DNA of 64,000 bases from an uncultured Acidobacteriota bacterium (lineage in GTDB: Bacteria > Acidobacteriota > Terriglobia > UBA7540). The notes below the pieces were generated by a model that saw only the letters and a list, made by a program, of their open reading frames with translations, did not search any database and was not told where the DNA came from. Below are positions 10,601 through 19,249 of this stretch, in pieces. A program made the translations under genes and the position numbers. Numbering within the stretch: position 1 is the first letter of the stretch; each line of letters starts with the position of its first letter. Location of the stretch: assembly GCA_963804995.1 (NCBI GenBank), contig CAWDSK010000006.1:1376001-1440000 (forward strand), given 5' to 3'.

Positions 10601-13600
10601 CTGGAAGGAATCTATCGAACCTCACCGGAAGGGAGAAATTTGGCTGCGAACCCCGCTCTGGCCAGAATGCTCGGTTACGATTCACCGCAGGAGGTCGTAT
10701 CGACGGTCAATGACTCGGGGCATCAGGTATGGCGGGATCCTCAGGACCGCCTGGCCTTCTCCCGGCTGCTGGAGGAGCAAGAGATCGTCCGCGGATTTGA
10801 GTGTCAGTACCTGCGCAAGGATGGAACCGTCATCTGGGTGTCACTTAATAGCCGCAGAGTTCGTGGGCCGGACGGGCAAACGCTCTACTATGAAGGTTTC
10901 ATAGAAGATATCACCGAGCGCAAGCGCACGGAGGAAGCATTGCGCGAGAGCGAACAGGGCTTGGCGGCGGCCCAACGCATCGCTCACGTCGGGTCCTGGC
11001 AATGGAACGTCCAAACCAACGCCGCGCATTGGTCCGCTGAAACTTTCCGGATCTTTGGCCTGGCTCCCGGGCAACTGGAAGAGCATCGTAAAGCCTTCCT
11101 GGAAATGATTCATCCCGCTGACAAGCTGCGGGTGGATCAAGCCCTGACCGACGCGCTCCTCGGAACCAGCGAGTACAACCTTGACTATCGCCTGCAACTG
11201 CCGGATGGAACCGAGAAGGTGATTCACTCCCAAGCCGAAGTTTTGCTCGACCAGGCCGGCAAACCCCTCGCGTTGCAGGGGATCGTGCATGACATCACGG
11301 AGCAGAAGCAGGCCGAGGAAGCGCTCCGGCAGAGTGAAGACCAGTATCGTTCGATGGTTCTGAACATTCCCGAAGTGGTGTGGACGGTAGATTCCGAAGG
11401 CCGGATCGCCTTTATCAGCCCCAACCTCAAAAAGTTAAGCGGGTTTACCCCCGAGGAGGCTTATCAAACTGGGCTTTCTCTGTTCTTCCAGTCCATTCAT
11501 CCCGACGACGCGCCGAGAATTAAAGCAGCCTTTATAGCCCTCTTCCGAGGGGGCCACCCCTACGACGTGGAATGCCGTGTCCGCCGTAAGGACGGGGAAT
11601 GGATTTGGGTGCACGACCGGGCCGTGGGCACTTATGAAAAGGATGGTGTCGTGTACGCGCAAGGCTTGCTCTCAGACATTACCGAACGCAAGCGCGCGGA
11701 AAAGGCTCTGCAAGATAGTGAGGAGCGCTTCCGGAGCCTGGTTGAGAACGCCACCGTCGGCATCTACCGCACCACTCCTGAGGGTCACATCCTGATGGCG
11801 AATCCCACCCTGGTGCGGATGTTAGGGTGTGAGAACGCCGGAGAAGTGGTGGCGCGCAACCTCGAGGAACAAGGGTTCGAGCCCAGTTACCCGCGCCGCG
11901 CCTTTCGAGAGCGCATCGAGCGGGATGGCGAAGTCTACGGTTTGGAATCCACATGGACAAAACGGGATGGGTCAATAATCTTCGTCCGTGAAAGCGCGCG
12001 AGCCATCCGGGCAGAATCCGGCCAGTTGTTGTACTACGACGGAATCGTCGAGGACATCACGGAGGTCCGGCGCGCCGTCGAGGCGGTCCAGGAAAGTGAA
12101 GAACGCTTTCGTCAATTAGCGGAGAACATTCGCGAGGTCTTCTTTGTCATGACCCCGGAACCGGTCCGGGCCACTTACCTGAGTCCGGCCTACGACGAAA
12201 TCTGGGGCAGGCCGCGCCAGGAAGTCCTGGACTCTCCCGTCGCCTGGATTAACTCGATTCATTCGGAAGACCGCGAAGGGGCGATCCAGACCTTTGCCCA
12301 ACAACTGCGGGGCGAGGCGACCGATATGGAGTATCGGATCGTGCGCCCGGACGCCTCTCTGCGCTGGATCAGGAACCGCACCTTTCCGGTATGCGATGCG
12401 GAAGGGAGGTTCTATCGAGTCGTGGGCATTGCGGAAGACATCACGGAGCGCAAGCAAGTGGAGGCGGCGATGCAGAGCGCCATGCAAGCCTCCGAGGAAG
12501 CCAGCCGCTCGAAGAGTGAGTTCCTGGCGAATATGAGCCATGAACTTCGCACGCCCATGAATGCGGTGATTGGCATGACGGAACTTGCCCTGGCCACAAA
12601 CTTGAATCCTGAGCAGCGCCGCTACCTGGAGCTCGCCGAGTCGTCAGCCGGGTCCCTGCTGGCAATGATTGAAACAATTCTGGACTTTTCCAAAATCGAG
12701 GCGCGCAAATTCCAGCTCAACTGCGTTCCCTTTCGCTTGCGCTCCCTGGTGGATGAGGCCCTGCGGCCCCTGGCGATCGAAGCGTACCGCAAGGGGCTGG
12801 AGATCGCCTACGGGGTGTCACCCACCATCCCCTCCTCCCTGCGCGGGGACCCGGTCCGTTTGAAGCAAATCCTGGTGAACCTGGTGGGAAACGCCATCAA
12901 GTTCAGCGAGCGGGGAGAAGTCGTGGTCCGCGCCCAGGTGGAATCACACGAGCTGGATGCCGTTTGGCTGAAGTTTCAGGTGAGCGACACGGGGGTGGGC
13001 ATTCCTGCGGACAAGTTGGAGATGATCTTTGAGGCTTTTACGCAGGTGGATGGCTCCCTGACGCGAGACTTTGAAGGCACGGGTTTGGGGCTGACGATTT
13101 GCGCGGAGCTGGTGCGGATGATGGGAGGGCGCATCCGGGTGGAAAGCCAGGTAGGGAGAGGAAGCACCTTCCACTTCAACGTACGTCTGGGCGTGGAGAA
13201 AGACCCTGCCCCACCCGGAGCCGAGCCCGCCCATCCGTCCCTCCGCGGGCTGCCCGTGCTGGTGGTGGATGACCATGCGGCCAGCCGCGAGGTGGTGGCG
13301 GAAATCCTGCTCCATCACGGAATGATCCCCACCCTCGCCGAGGGCATGGAAGCTGCGCTCGAAGCCATTCTTAACAATCAGGAGTCCCAGGCGCCTTTCC
13401 GTGTGGCGCTGGTCGACGCGCACCTGCCGTCGGGGGATGGCTTTTCCCTGGCGGAGCGGACGCGCCGCATCCCGGGATTTTCCGCCGCGATTCTGCTGAT
13501 GGTTCCTCCCGACGATGCGTGGCACGATACGGCCCGTTGCCGGGAGCTGGGAATTGTGAATTATCTCCACAAGCCGGTGCGGGAAAAAGAGCTGCTAGGG

Positions 13601-14410
13601 ACGATTGCCACCGCCATCGAAAAATCCGCCACGGCGGGAAAGGGGGCTTCCCGGATGCGAGGTTCAGCGGAGGAGCTCGGACGTGTAATGCGTGTGTTGC
13701 TGGTAGAAAACAACGAAGTCAGCCAGGTGCTGGTGACGCACCTCCTGGAGAAACGAGGCCACGAAGTCGTGGTGGCCCGCGACGGCGAGGAGGCATTGAC
13801 CGCGCTCGCCCGGGTCAAAGCGGGCGGTTTTAATTTGGCCCTTCTGGATGTCGAGATGCCCGGTCTGAGCGGGCCAGAAACCGTCCAGGCAATCCGGAAA
13901 ATGGAGGCTAAAACCGGTGGCCGCCTGCCCATTATCGCCACGTCAGCCCACCCCACCGAGAGCGAGGAGCAGCACTGTCGCGCCGCCGGGATGGATGGCT
14001 ACATCGCGAAGCCCCTCCGTACCCATGAGCTCTTTGAAATCATCGAAGGCGTGGTCGACCGCAAGGGGCCGGTTTTTGATAGGGCACGCTTCCTGGCCCG
14101 GCTGGAGGGAGACGAACTGCTGATTACAGAAATCGTGGGAATGTTTTTACAGGAGTGCCCCAAGCTGATGAAGGGTGTGTGCCAAGCCATCACCCAAAGT
14201 GACCCCCACGCCTTGGAGCGCGCCGCCCACACGCTGAAAGGTTCCGTGGCGGATATGGCGGCCCCGCAAGCTGTCGAAGCCGCCCAAAACCTGGAAAAGA
14301 TGGGACGGGAGGGAGACCTTGGACAGGCCGGGCCCGCCCTCGAAGTCCTGGAAGGCGCCATCGACCGACTGACTCCAGAACTGCGTAAATTGGAGAAGCG
14401 TACGGCCTAA
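7700..14410 (+). CDS. Hybrid sensor histidine kinase: TM, 10 PAS/PAC, 1 GAF, HisKA, HATPase, 2 REC, Hpt
   Basis: Repeated DITERK PAC ends; H-box FLANMSHELRTPMNAV; N/G boxes NLVGNAIKF, DTGVGI, GTGLGL; REC domains VVDD..VDAHLP and LLDVEMP; Hpt AHTLKG. Start uncertain (ATG 7883 is plausible). Confidence 0.93.
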   Translation: MELACLGGQQATLPAGAPSLPVLGQVSDTGAFPALLPRKSHALFATNNFEVLWDLSGTSRAMPRLERISAGVVPGIASALWDVGRAPWVLGFVGLLMLGAAAWVWILQRQVRAKTELMREWLRREAALKEQYRDLLENAIDIVYTRDLEGRITSWNNTAERVLGYGRVEALGMNVRQIVAPEFLDLLNRGILSAAEGRPVDNVEMDIITKPGARITVEVRTRLLYDNGKPVGVQGIARNVTARKHVEQQACLQAAALEATAVGIVITNPEGAILWVNPAFTALSGYALADVVGKNLRLLKSGKHDVEYYRDLWGTLKSGRVWHGEIVNRRKDGTLYTEELTITPVRGTGGEVTHFVAIAQDITLHQQAEEALRQSEEKYRSIVLNIPEVVWTVDSRGRCVFISPNIERLSGYTAEEVYQAGLNLLFQSVHPDEGQAITEALQAAFGDQQPRDVEFRTRHKDGKWIWVRARTMGSYEKEGVRHLQGLLADITERHRAEEAIRRSETKFRTLYESITDAVLLFGENGFLDCNKAALAIYGCATWEDICALHPADLSPPLQPCGTDSSTLANQHLATAMEKGVNHFEWVHKRVDTGAIFPADVLLNATELDGKRVIQAVIRDITERKRAERFQNLSAEILGTLNEPLGVTDVVDQILAAIKRETGVDAVGIRLRSGDDFPYFVQSGFSQGFLLTENTLIARDKNGGPCRDKNGNISLECTCGLVISGQTDPANPLFTTGGSYWTNNSLPLLDLPAHQDKRLHPRNICVHQGYSSVALIPIRAHGDIVGLMQLNDRKKNCFTLEMIQFFEGISASIGVALMRKQQEEALRRSEAQLKEALLAAQMGVWEWALETGTVTWDGNLYRISGRDPKLPAPSYAEQQQIYAPESWERLEGAVNKALAAGTPYELNLELVRPDGSKRWVIARGEASRDASGHITQLRGTVQDITERKAAEEAAAIAENEYHKIFEGALEGIYRTSPEGRNLAANPALARMLGYDSPQEVVSTVNDSGHQVWRDPQDRLAFSRLLEEQEIVRGFECQYLRKDGTVIWVSLNSRRVRGPDGQTLYYEGFIEDITERKRTEEALRESEQGLAAAQRIAHVGSWQWNVQTNAAHWSAETFRIFGLAPGQLEEHRKAFLEMIHPADKLRVDQALTDALLGTSEYNLDYRLQLPDGTEKVIHSQAEVLLDQAGKPLALQGIVHDITEQKQAEEALRQSEDQYRSMVLNIPEVVWTVDSEGRIAFISPNLKKLSGFTPEEAYQTGLSLFFQSIHPDDAPRIKAAFIALFRGGHPYDVECRVRRKDGEWIWVHDRAVGTYEKDGVVYAQGLLSDITERKRAEKALQDSEERFRSLVENATVGIYRTTPEGHILMANPTLVRMLGCENAGEVVARNLEEQGFEPSYPRRAFRERIERDGEVYGLESTWTKRDGSIIFVRESARAIRAESGQLLYYDGIVEDITEVRRAVEAVQESEERFRQLAENIREVFFVMTPEPVRATYLSPAYDEIWGRPRQEVLDSPVAWINSIHSEDREGAIQTFAQQLRGEATDMEYRIVRPDASLRWIRNRTFPVCDAEGRFYRVVGIAEDITERKQVEAAMQSAMQASEEASRSKSEFLANMSHELRTPMNAVIGMTELALATNLNPEQRRYLELAESSAGSLLAMIETILDFSKIEARKFQLNCVPFRLRSLVDEALRPLAIEAYRKGLEIAYGVSPTIPSSLRGDPVRLKQILVNLVGNAIKFSERGEVVVRAQVESHELDAVWLKFQVSDTGVGIPADKLEMIFEAFTQVDGSLTRDFEGTGLGLTICAELVRMMGGRIRVESQVGRGSTFHFNVRLGVEKDPAPPGAEPAHPSLRGLPVLVVDDHAASREVVAEILLHHGMIPTLAEGMEAALEAILNNQESQAPFRVALVDAHLPSGDGFSLAERTRRIPGFSAAILLMVPPDDAWHDTARCRELGIVNYLHKPVREKELLGTIATAIEKSATAGKGASRMRGSAEELGRVMRVLLVENNEVSQVLVTHLLEKRGHEVVVARDGEEALTALARVKAGGFNLALLDVEMPGLSGPETVQAIRKMEAKTGGRLPIIATSAHPTESEEQHCRAAGMDGYIAKPLRTHELFEIIEGVVDRKGPVFDRARFLARLEGDELLITEIVGMFLQECPKLMKGVCQAITQSDPHALERAAHTLKGSVADMAAPQAVEAAQNLEKMGREGDLGQAGPALEVLEGAIDRLTPELRKLEKRTA

Positions 14411-14501
14411 AACCATGGCTGTTCACTTAAACTTTGTTGTTCCCGGTTCGACCGTAGTACATCGTTCCGTTTGTTCTTTGTATTATAGGGAACTCAAATT
14501 C

Positions 14502-15132
14502 ATTGCGGGAAAACGTCCAGGCTTTTGATCAGCAAGACCCGGATTGATCCGCTGGTAATATAAAGCCCTGTGTGTACGACGGACTAGCCCTTCCCCGAGG
14601 GGAGAGGGCGGAGCTATTTGAATTCATAACCCTCTCCGAAGGGAGAGGGTGGACCGCAGCCGGCGTTTTCATCAGCCGGGGCGGGACGGGTGAGGGGTCA
14701 GTCCTCCATGCAAGTACCAGGTCCCAGAGTTCGCGATCTGCGGCGGCAAGAAACGCCAGCAGAAAAGCTTGCGTGGCACCTTTTGCGCGACCGCCGCGCG
14801 GGACTCAAGTTTCGTCGCCAGTTTCCCATCGGAACCTACGTCGTCGATTTTTACTGTTTTGAAGTTCGTTTGGCAGTAGAGCTTGACGGTAGCGCGCATT
14901 CCCAACCGAGCCAAGTGAAGAAGGATCGTGCCAAGGACGCGTACCTGACCGGCATGGGAATTCGGGTGCTGCGCTTGCCGAACGGACAGGTGAGGGAAGA
15001 TCCGGAGGGGTTCGTGAAGAAGATCCGCGAGTCTCGACTGAGTCGGATACCGCCTGAAAGACCCCTCACCCGGCCCGCTGCGGCTTGAGAAATTGCGGGA
15101 AAACGTCCAGGCTTTTGATCAGCAAGACCCGG
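14502..15132. repeat. 41-bp perfect direct repeats bracketing the DUF559 cassette
   Basis: attgcgggaaaacgtccaggcttttgatcagcaagacccgg at 14502-14542 and 15092-15132. Confidence 0.95.
14708..15088 (+). CDS. DUF559 (Vsr-like PD-(D/E)xK) endonuclease domain protein
   Basis: LRRQETPAEKLAW.LLR, KFRRQFPIGTYVVDFYC, AVELDGSAH, D..KDAYL..GIRVLR. Confidence 0.9.
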   Translation: MQVPGPRVRDLRRQETPAEKLAWHLLRDRRAGLKFRRQFPIGTYVVDFYCFEVRLAVELDGSAHSQPSQVKKDRAKDAYLTGMGIRVLRLPNGQVREDPEGFVKKIRESRLSRIPPERPLTRPAAA

Positions 15133-15465
15133 CAGCGGCGCACACGACGTTCACTTAACAATATTTTACGACCCGCCAGATAACCTCTACTGCCTTTTCT
15201 TACTCCAACCCATGGCGAACATTTTGGCGTGGTAATTCCGATGGGGACTGGGGAACCAGGCGTGGATTTCTTACCACCCTGGGGTTAATCTGGGGTAAGG
15301 GCGGTAAACTCGCCACTGCCGCGCTAGACTGACTCTCGACAGTCCCCCATGGCCAGAGGCGGAATTCCAGTCTATGATGCTGATTAAACCTTTTTCACCA
15401 GGGGCCATACGCCTAATTGATAAGGTCAACAGCAAAAGACGGAAAAAGCGTAAGGATGGGAGAAT

Positions 15466-15915
15466 ATGAAAACCATATTGGGAGTATTACTGATTCTGAT
15501 TCTGGGCGCCGCGCCAGCGTGGGCGGTCCTGGGTGAATATGAGTCGTCGGTGAGCTTGGATCAACAGGTTTTTGGCGGTGCGCATCGCGAAGAGGCCCGC
15601 CAGGGCTATAAACTTCACGAAATTACTACTCCGGATGGCACGGTGGTGAAGGAATTCGTGTCGCCAGCGGGTTTGGTTTTTGGGATTAGATGGCAGGCGT
15701 CGCACATGCCGAACCTGCAACAGTTAATGGGCTCCAGTATGACGGAGCTGCAGGCGGCCATGCAATCCAAGACGCGCCGACACACGGGGGGACCCTTGAT
15801 CGTGCGCACCGACAAGCTGGTGTTTGTCAGTGGCGGTCATATGCGCTCCTTCCACGGGTATGCCTATGTACCCAGCCTGGTGCCAGGCAACGTCTCGCCG
15901 GAGGTGGTGCAATGA
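15466..15915 (+). CDS. DUF2844-family secreted protein
   Basis: Signal peptide ending PAWA; GTVVKEFVSPAGLVFGIRW, PNLQQLMG, GGHMRSFHG.AYVP; overlaps the DUF3443 start (ATGA). Confidence 0.85.
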   Translation: MKTILGVLLILILGAAPAWAVLGEYESSVSLDQQVFGGAHREEARQGYKLHEITTPDGTVVKEFVSPAGLVFGIRWQASHMPNLQQLMGSSMTELQAAMQSKTRRHTGGPLIVRTDKLVFVSGGHMRSFHGYAYVPSLVPGNVSPEVVQ

Positions 15916-17234
15916 CGCGCAGATTGACTTCGGCGGCCGCAGGGGGCCGTCTGCTTGCTGTGGTAATGGGCTTGATTGCTTTGGCGAGTTGCGGAAGCGG
16001 TGGTGGCACTCCCCCTGCTTCCCCACCCCCACCGACGCCGGTCGGCAACACCGCATCCGTTACGGTGGGCTTTGGGGCCTTGGGAGCCGCGGGTGGGTAC
16101 ACGAATGGGATCTGGACGACGGTGACGGTTTGCGCTCCGGGCAGTACCACCAATTGCGTCGCCGTCCCGGACGTCCTGGTCGATACCGGCTCCGTGGGAT
16201 TGCGTGTCCTTTCTTCGGCGCTGGGCAGCCTCCAACTGCCGCCGATCACTGATGGCAGTAACCCCGCTAATCCGCTGCAGGAGTGCATCCAGTTCGCCGA
16301 CTTCTCCTACATCTGGGGGCCAGTGGTGGTGGGCAACGTTCAGATTGCCGGAGAAACGGCTGCGCAGGTCCCGGGTCAAGCCGCGAACTCAGGAATTCCC
16401 ATCCATGTTATTGGTTCTTCGCCCTACGTCGTGCCCGCGAGTTGCATTACGAACCCCCCCGGCGGTGGTGTGGCGACCCCTCTCGACACGCTGCAGGCAC
16501 TCGGCGGTAACGGTATTCTGGGCATAGGCAACTTCCCCCAGGATTGTGGCAGTAGCTGCGCTTCGGGTTCACAGCCCTATTACTTTCTCTGCCCCGGCGG
16601 CGTCTGCTCCATTGCCTCCGTACCCGAGCAGCTCCAGGTCTTTAATCCCGTTTCGGCGTTTACCTCAGACAACAACGGGGTGTTAATAACTTTACCGTCT
16701 GTCGCTGCCGGCGGCGCCCCCTCCGTCACAGGAACGCTGATTTTCGGTATCGGGACGCAATCCAATAACGCCCTGGGCAGCGCCAAAGTCTACGAGATCG
16801 ACGGGTACGGTAATTTCCCCCAGGTTACACTCAATGGCGTTAACTACATGTCAGGACAGAACACCTTCGGCGGCTTCATTGACAGCGGCTCGAATGCCCT
16901 CTACATCTCTGATGCCACCACCTTGGCCTCGACTGGCATCGTCGAGTGTGCGGGCAACCTCCAGGGTTACTACTGTCCCGCCTCCACGGTCCAACTTACC
17001 CCCACCGTTTTTGGAGCGAATAGTGTCTCGGCCCCAGTTCAGCTCAGCGTCGCAAATGCTGCCACGTTGATTAACAGCGGTAACGCAGTGTTTAACAACG
17101 TGGGTGGGGATAGCGGCATTGGCTTGTCAACAGACTACGTCGATCTGGGAATACCGTTCTTCCTCGGTAAGTCAGTGTTCGTGGGGATTGAGGGTACCAA
17201 CGCTACCTACCCGAACGGCTATTGGGCGTTTTAG
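15912..17234 (+). CDS. DUF3443-family lipoprotein with pepsin-like aspartic protease motifs, copy 1
   Basis: Lipobox LASC; LVDTGSVGL, NGILGIG, FIDSGSNAL, DLGIPFF. ATG 15912 preferred to the track start at 15690. Confidence 0.85.
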   Translation: MTRRLTSAAAGGRLLAVVMGLIALASCGSGGGTPPASPPPPTPVGNTASVTVGFGALGAAGGYTNGIWTTVTVCAPGSTTNCVAVPDVLVDTGSVGLRVLSSALGSLQLPPITDGSNPANPLQECIQFADFSYIWGPVVVGNVQIAGETAAQVPGQAANSGIPIHVIGSSPYVVPASCITNPPGGGVATPLDTLQALGGNGILGIGNFPQDCGSSCASGSQPYYFLCPGGVCSIASVPEQLQVFNPVSAFTSDNNGVLITLPSVAAGGAPSVTGTLIFGIGTQSNNALGSAKVYEIDGYGNFPQVTLNGVNYMSGQNTFGGFIDSGSNALYISDATTLASTGIVECAGNLQGYYCPASTVQLTPTVFGANSVSAPVQLSVANAATLINSGNAVFNNVGGDSGIGLSTDYVDLGIPFFLGKSVFVGIEGTNATYPNGYWAF

Positions 17235-17275
17235 GGTGAAGTCTGAAAGCAGATTGTCGTGCTGAGTTCTTGGTA

Positions 17276-17317
17276 GGGGCGCATCTCAGTTAAGCGGGAT
17301 GCGCCCCTGAATTTTTC
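17276..17317 (+). terminator. Probable intrinsic terminator after DUF3443 copy 1
   Basis: ggggcgcatc...gatgcgcccc stem followed by tgaattttt. Confidence 0.55.
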
Positions 17318-17343
17318 TGTAGCCGCGACTTCCTTTTCAAGCT

Positions 17344-17434
17344 GTAGCGGCGGGTTTACCCCGCCATTTGGCGCCATAGGCGCAACAGACAATGGCGGGG
17401 TAAACCCGCCGCCACGTCAAACTGAACCAGCACC
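17344..17434. repeat. REP/MITE-like element, family 1 (GTAGCGGCGRGTTTACCYCGCC with a TCAAACTGCACCACTACC-type end)
   Basis: Inverted REP pair plus a terminal motif shared with 29782, 44169 and 56582. Confidence 0.8.
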
Positions 17435-17577
17435 GGAGTCCGACAGGACTGGATAGCTTCAAAAATTATGTGGTATCTTGAAAGGTTAAACGCAATACTG
17501 ACAACCTTTCGTAGCGGAATGGTGTCCGAGCATAAGAAGCAAATGGAAAGCCCTGGCGAAGGGCAGCGTGGCATTAT

Positions 17578-17744
17578 ATGAAAACCACTTTGAATCCAAG
17601 ACGCGCCGGCACAGTGGGGGACCTTTGATCGTGAGGACCGATAAGCTGGTGTTTGTCAGCGGCGGTCACATGCGGTCTTTCCACGGGTACGCCTACGTGC
17701 CCAGCCTGGTACCCAAGAACATCACCACGGAGGTGGTGCAGTGA
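17578..17744 (+). pseudogene. Internally deleted second DUF2844 copy
   Basis: Starts atgaaaacca like copy 1, then jumps out of frame to SKTRRHSGGPLIVRTDKLVFVSGGHMRSFHGYAYVPSLVPKNITTEVVQ*; about 280 bp missing; stop overlaps the next GTG. Confidence 0.85.
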
Positions 17745-19093
17745 CCCTTAGGAATGGTTTCGCGGCCTCATGGGGCCGTCTGGTCGCCTTGGCGGTGAGC
17801 CTGATGGTTTTGGCAGGGTGTCGCAACAACAGCCCAACCACCACGCCTACCCCCCCGACCGTGAACAACACAGCGACCGTCCAGGTGGGGCCGCTCAACG
17901 CTTCCACTCCCAATTTGCCTTACCCGAATGGGGTCTATACCACGGTAACCGTTTGTTTGCCCGGCACGCTGATTTGCCAGACAATCCCCAACGTTCTGGT
18001 GGATACGGGTTCCGTGGGGCTGCGCGTCCTGTATTCGGCGCTGGGCAACCTCGCCCCGGAGATGCAGGTGGTGACTGAAGCTGGAAGCAAAAATATTTTG
18101 CAAGAGTGCGTCGAGTTCGCAGACTTCTCCTATACCTGGGGGCCGGTGGCACTGGCCAACATTCAAATTGCCGGAGAATCAGCCACCCAGGTCCCAGGCC
18201 AAACTGCGAATTTTGGGGTTCCCATGCAGATTATCCCCACCAATGCGCAGTTCCCCGTGCCCTCGACGGGTGCTTTGAGCTGCCTCCATTCCCCTCCGGA
18301 CAACGACACTGTCATCGACGACAATACCGTCGAGACGCTTGGAGCCAACGGCATTCTGGGAGTTGGCCTTTTTCCCCAGGATTGCGGCAACAACTGTGGC
18401 CCGGCCTCCGGCAACCTTCCTAACCAGTACTATTACTGCACGCCCGGCGCCTCCTGCCGCATCGCTGCCGTACCCTTGCAATACCAGGTCTGGAACCCCG
18501 TCGCGGCATTCACCTCGACCGACAACAATGGAGTGCTGCTATCTCTGCCGTCGGTGGCTGCGGGCGGCGCCACCTCCGTCACCGGGTCGCTGATCTTCGG
18601 CATCGGAACTCAATCCAACAATGCCCTCGCGAGCGCCACCCTTTACGCTACCGACGAGTACGGCAACTTTCCCATGGTTGTTTACAACGGCGTCCAATAC
18701 AACTCTCCCGCCAATGGAAGCTATCTCAACAGTGGCTCGAACGCCTACTACTTCGTCGATACGACCACCCTGGGCATCGCGGAGTGTCTCGACCAGTCCG
18801 GCAATGCCACGGGGTATTACTGCCCCAGCGCGCCGACCCCATTCACGGTCACCCCGCACGGAGCAAATGGCACATCGAGCGCTGTCATGTTCAGCATCTT
18901 AAACGCCGCCACCTTGTTTGCGAGCGGCAACGCGGCACTCCCCAACCTGGGTGGCGATAGCGGGGTGGGAGCCTCAACGGACTACATCGATCTTGGAATC
19001 CCGTTCTTCTATGGCCGCCCCGTGTTCGTGGGAATTGCGGGTTCGACAGTGCCCAACAATGTAAGCGCCCCATTTGGATACTGGGCGTTTTAG
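17741..19093 (+). CDS. DUF3443-family lipoprotein, copy 2 (second putative catalytic Asp replaced by Asn)
   Basis: Lipobox LAGC; LVDTGS, NGILGVG, YLNSGSN, DLGIPFF; paralog of 15912-17234. Confidence 0.85.
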   Translation: MTLRNGFAASWGRLVALAVSLMVLAGCRNNSPTTTPTPPTVNNTATVQVGPLNASTPNLPYPNGVYTTVTVCLPGTLICQTIPNVLVDTGSVGLRVLYSALGNLAPEMQVVTEAGSKNILQECVEFADFSYTWGPVALANIQIAGESATQVPGQTANFGVPMQIIPTNAQFPVPSTGALSCLHSPPDNDTVIDDNTVETLGANGILGVGLFPQDCGNNCGPASGNLPNQYYYCTPGASCRIAAVPLQYQVWNPVAAFTSTDNNGVLLSLPSVAAGGATSVTGSLIFGIGTQSNNALASATLYATDEYGNFPMVVYNGVQYNSPANGSYLNSGSNAYYFVDTTTLGIAECLDQSGNATGYYCPSAPTPFTVTPHGANGTSSAVMFSILNAATLFASGNAALPNLGGDSGVGASTDYIDLGIPFFYGRPVFVGIAGSTVPNNVSAPFGYWAF

Positions 19094-19249
19094 GCCGCAC
19101 GCAAAGTAACAGGACTTCACCCCATAACCCAGTGCCCACCCGGCAGTCACTGCCAGCTTATAAGGCAATTCCCTTTTCCGTCTTTCTCCGTGGGCTCGGC
19201 GGTAAATTCCGTTTGGATTATTGGAAGGCCTGGGCACTGGAGAATCTAC

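Noticed and set aside
15690..15911. Extended N terminus of DUF3443 copy 1
   Set aside because: It overlaps DUF2844. ATG 15912 gives a proper lipoprotein signal and matches the layout of copy 2.
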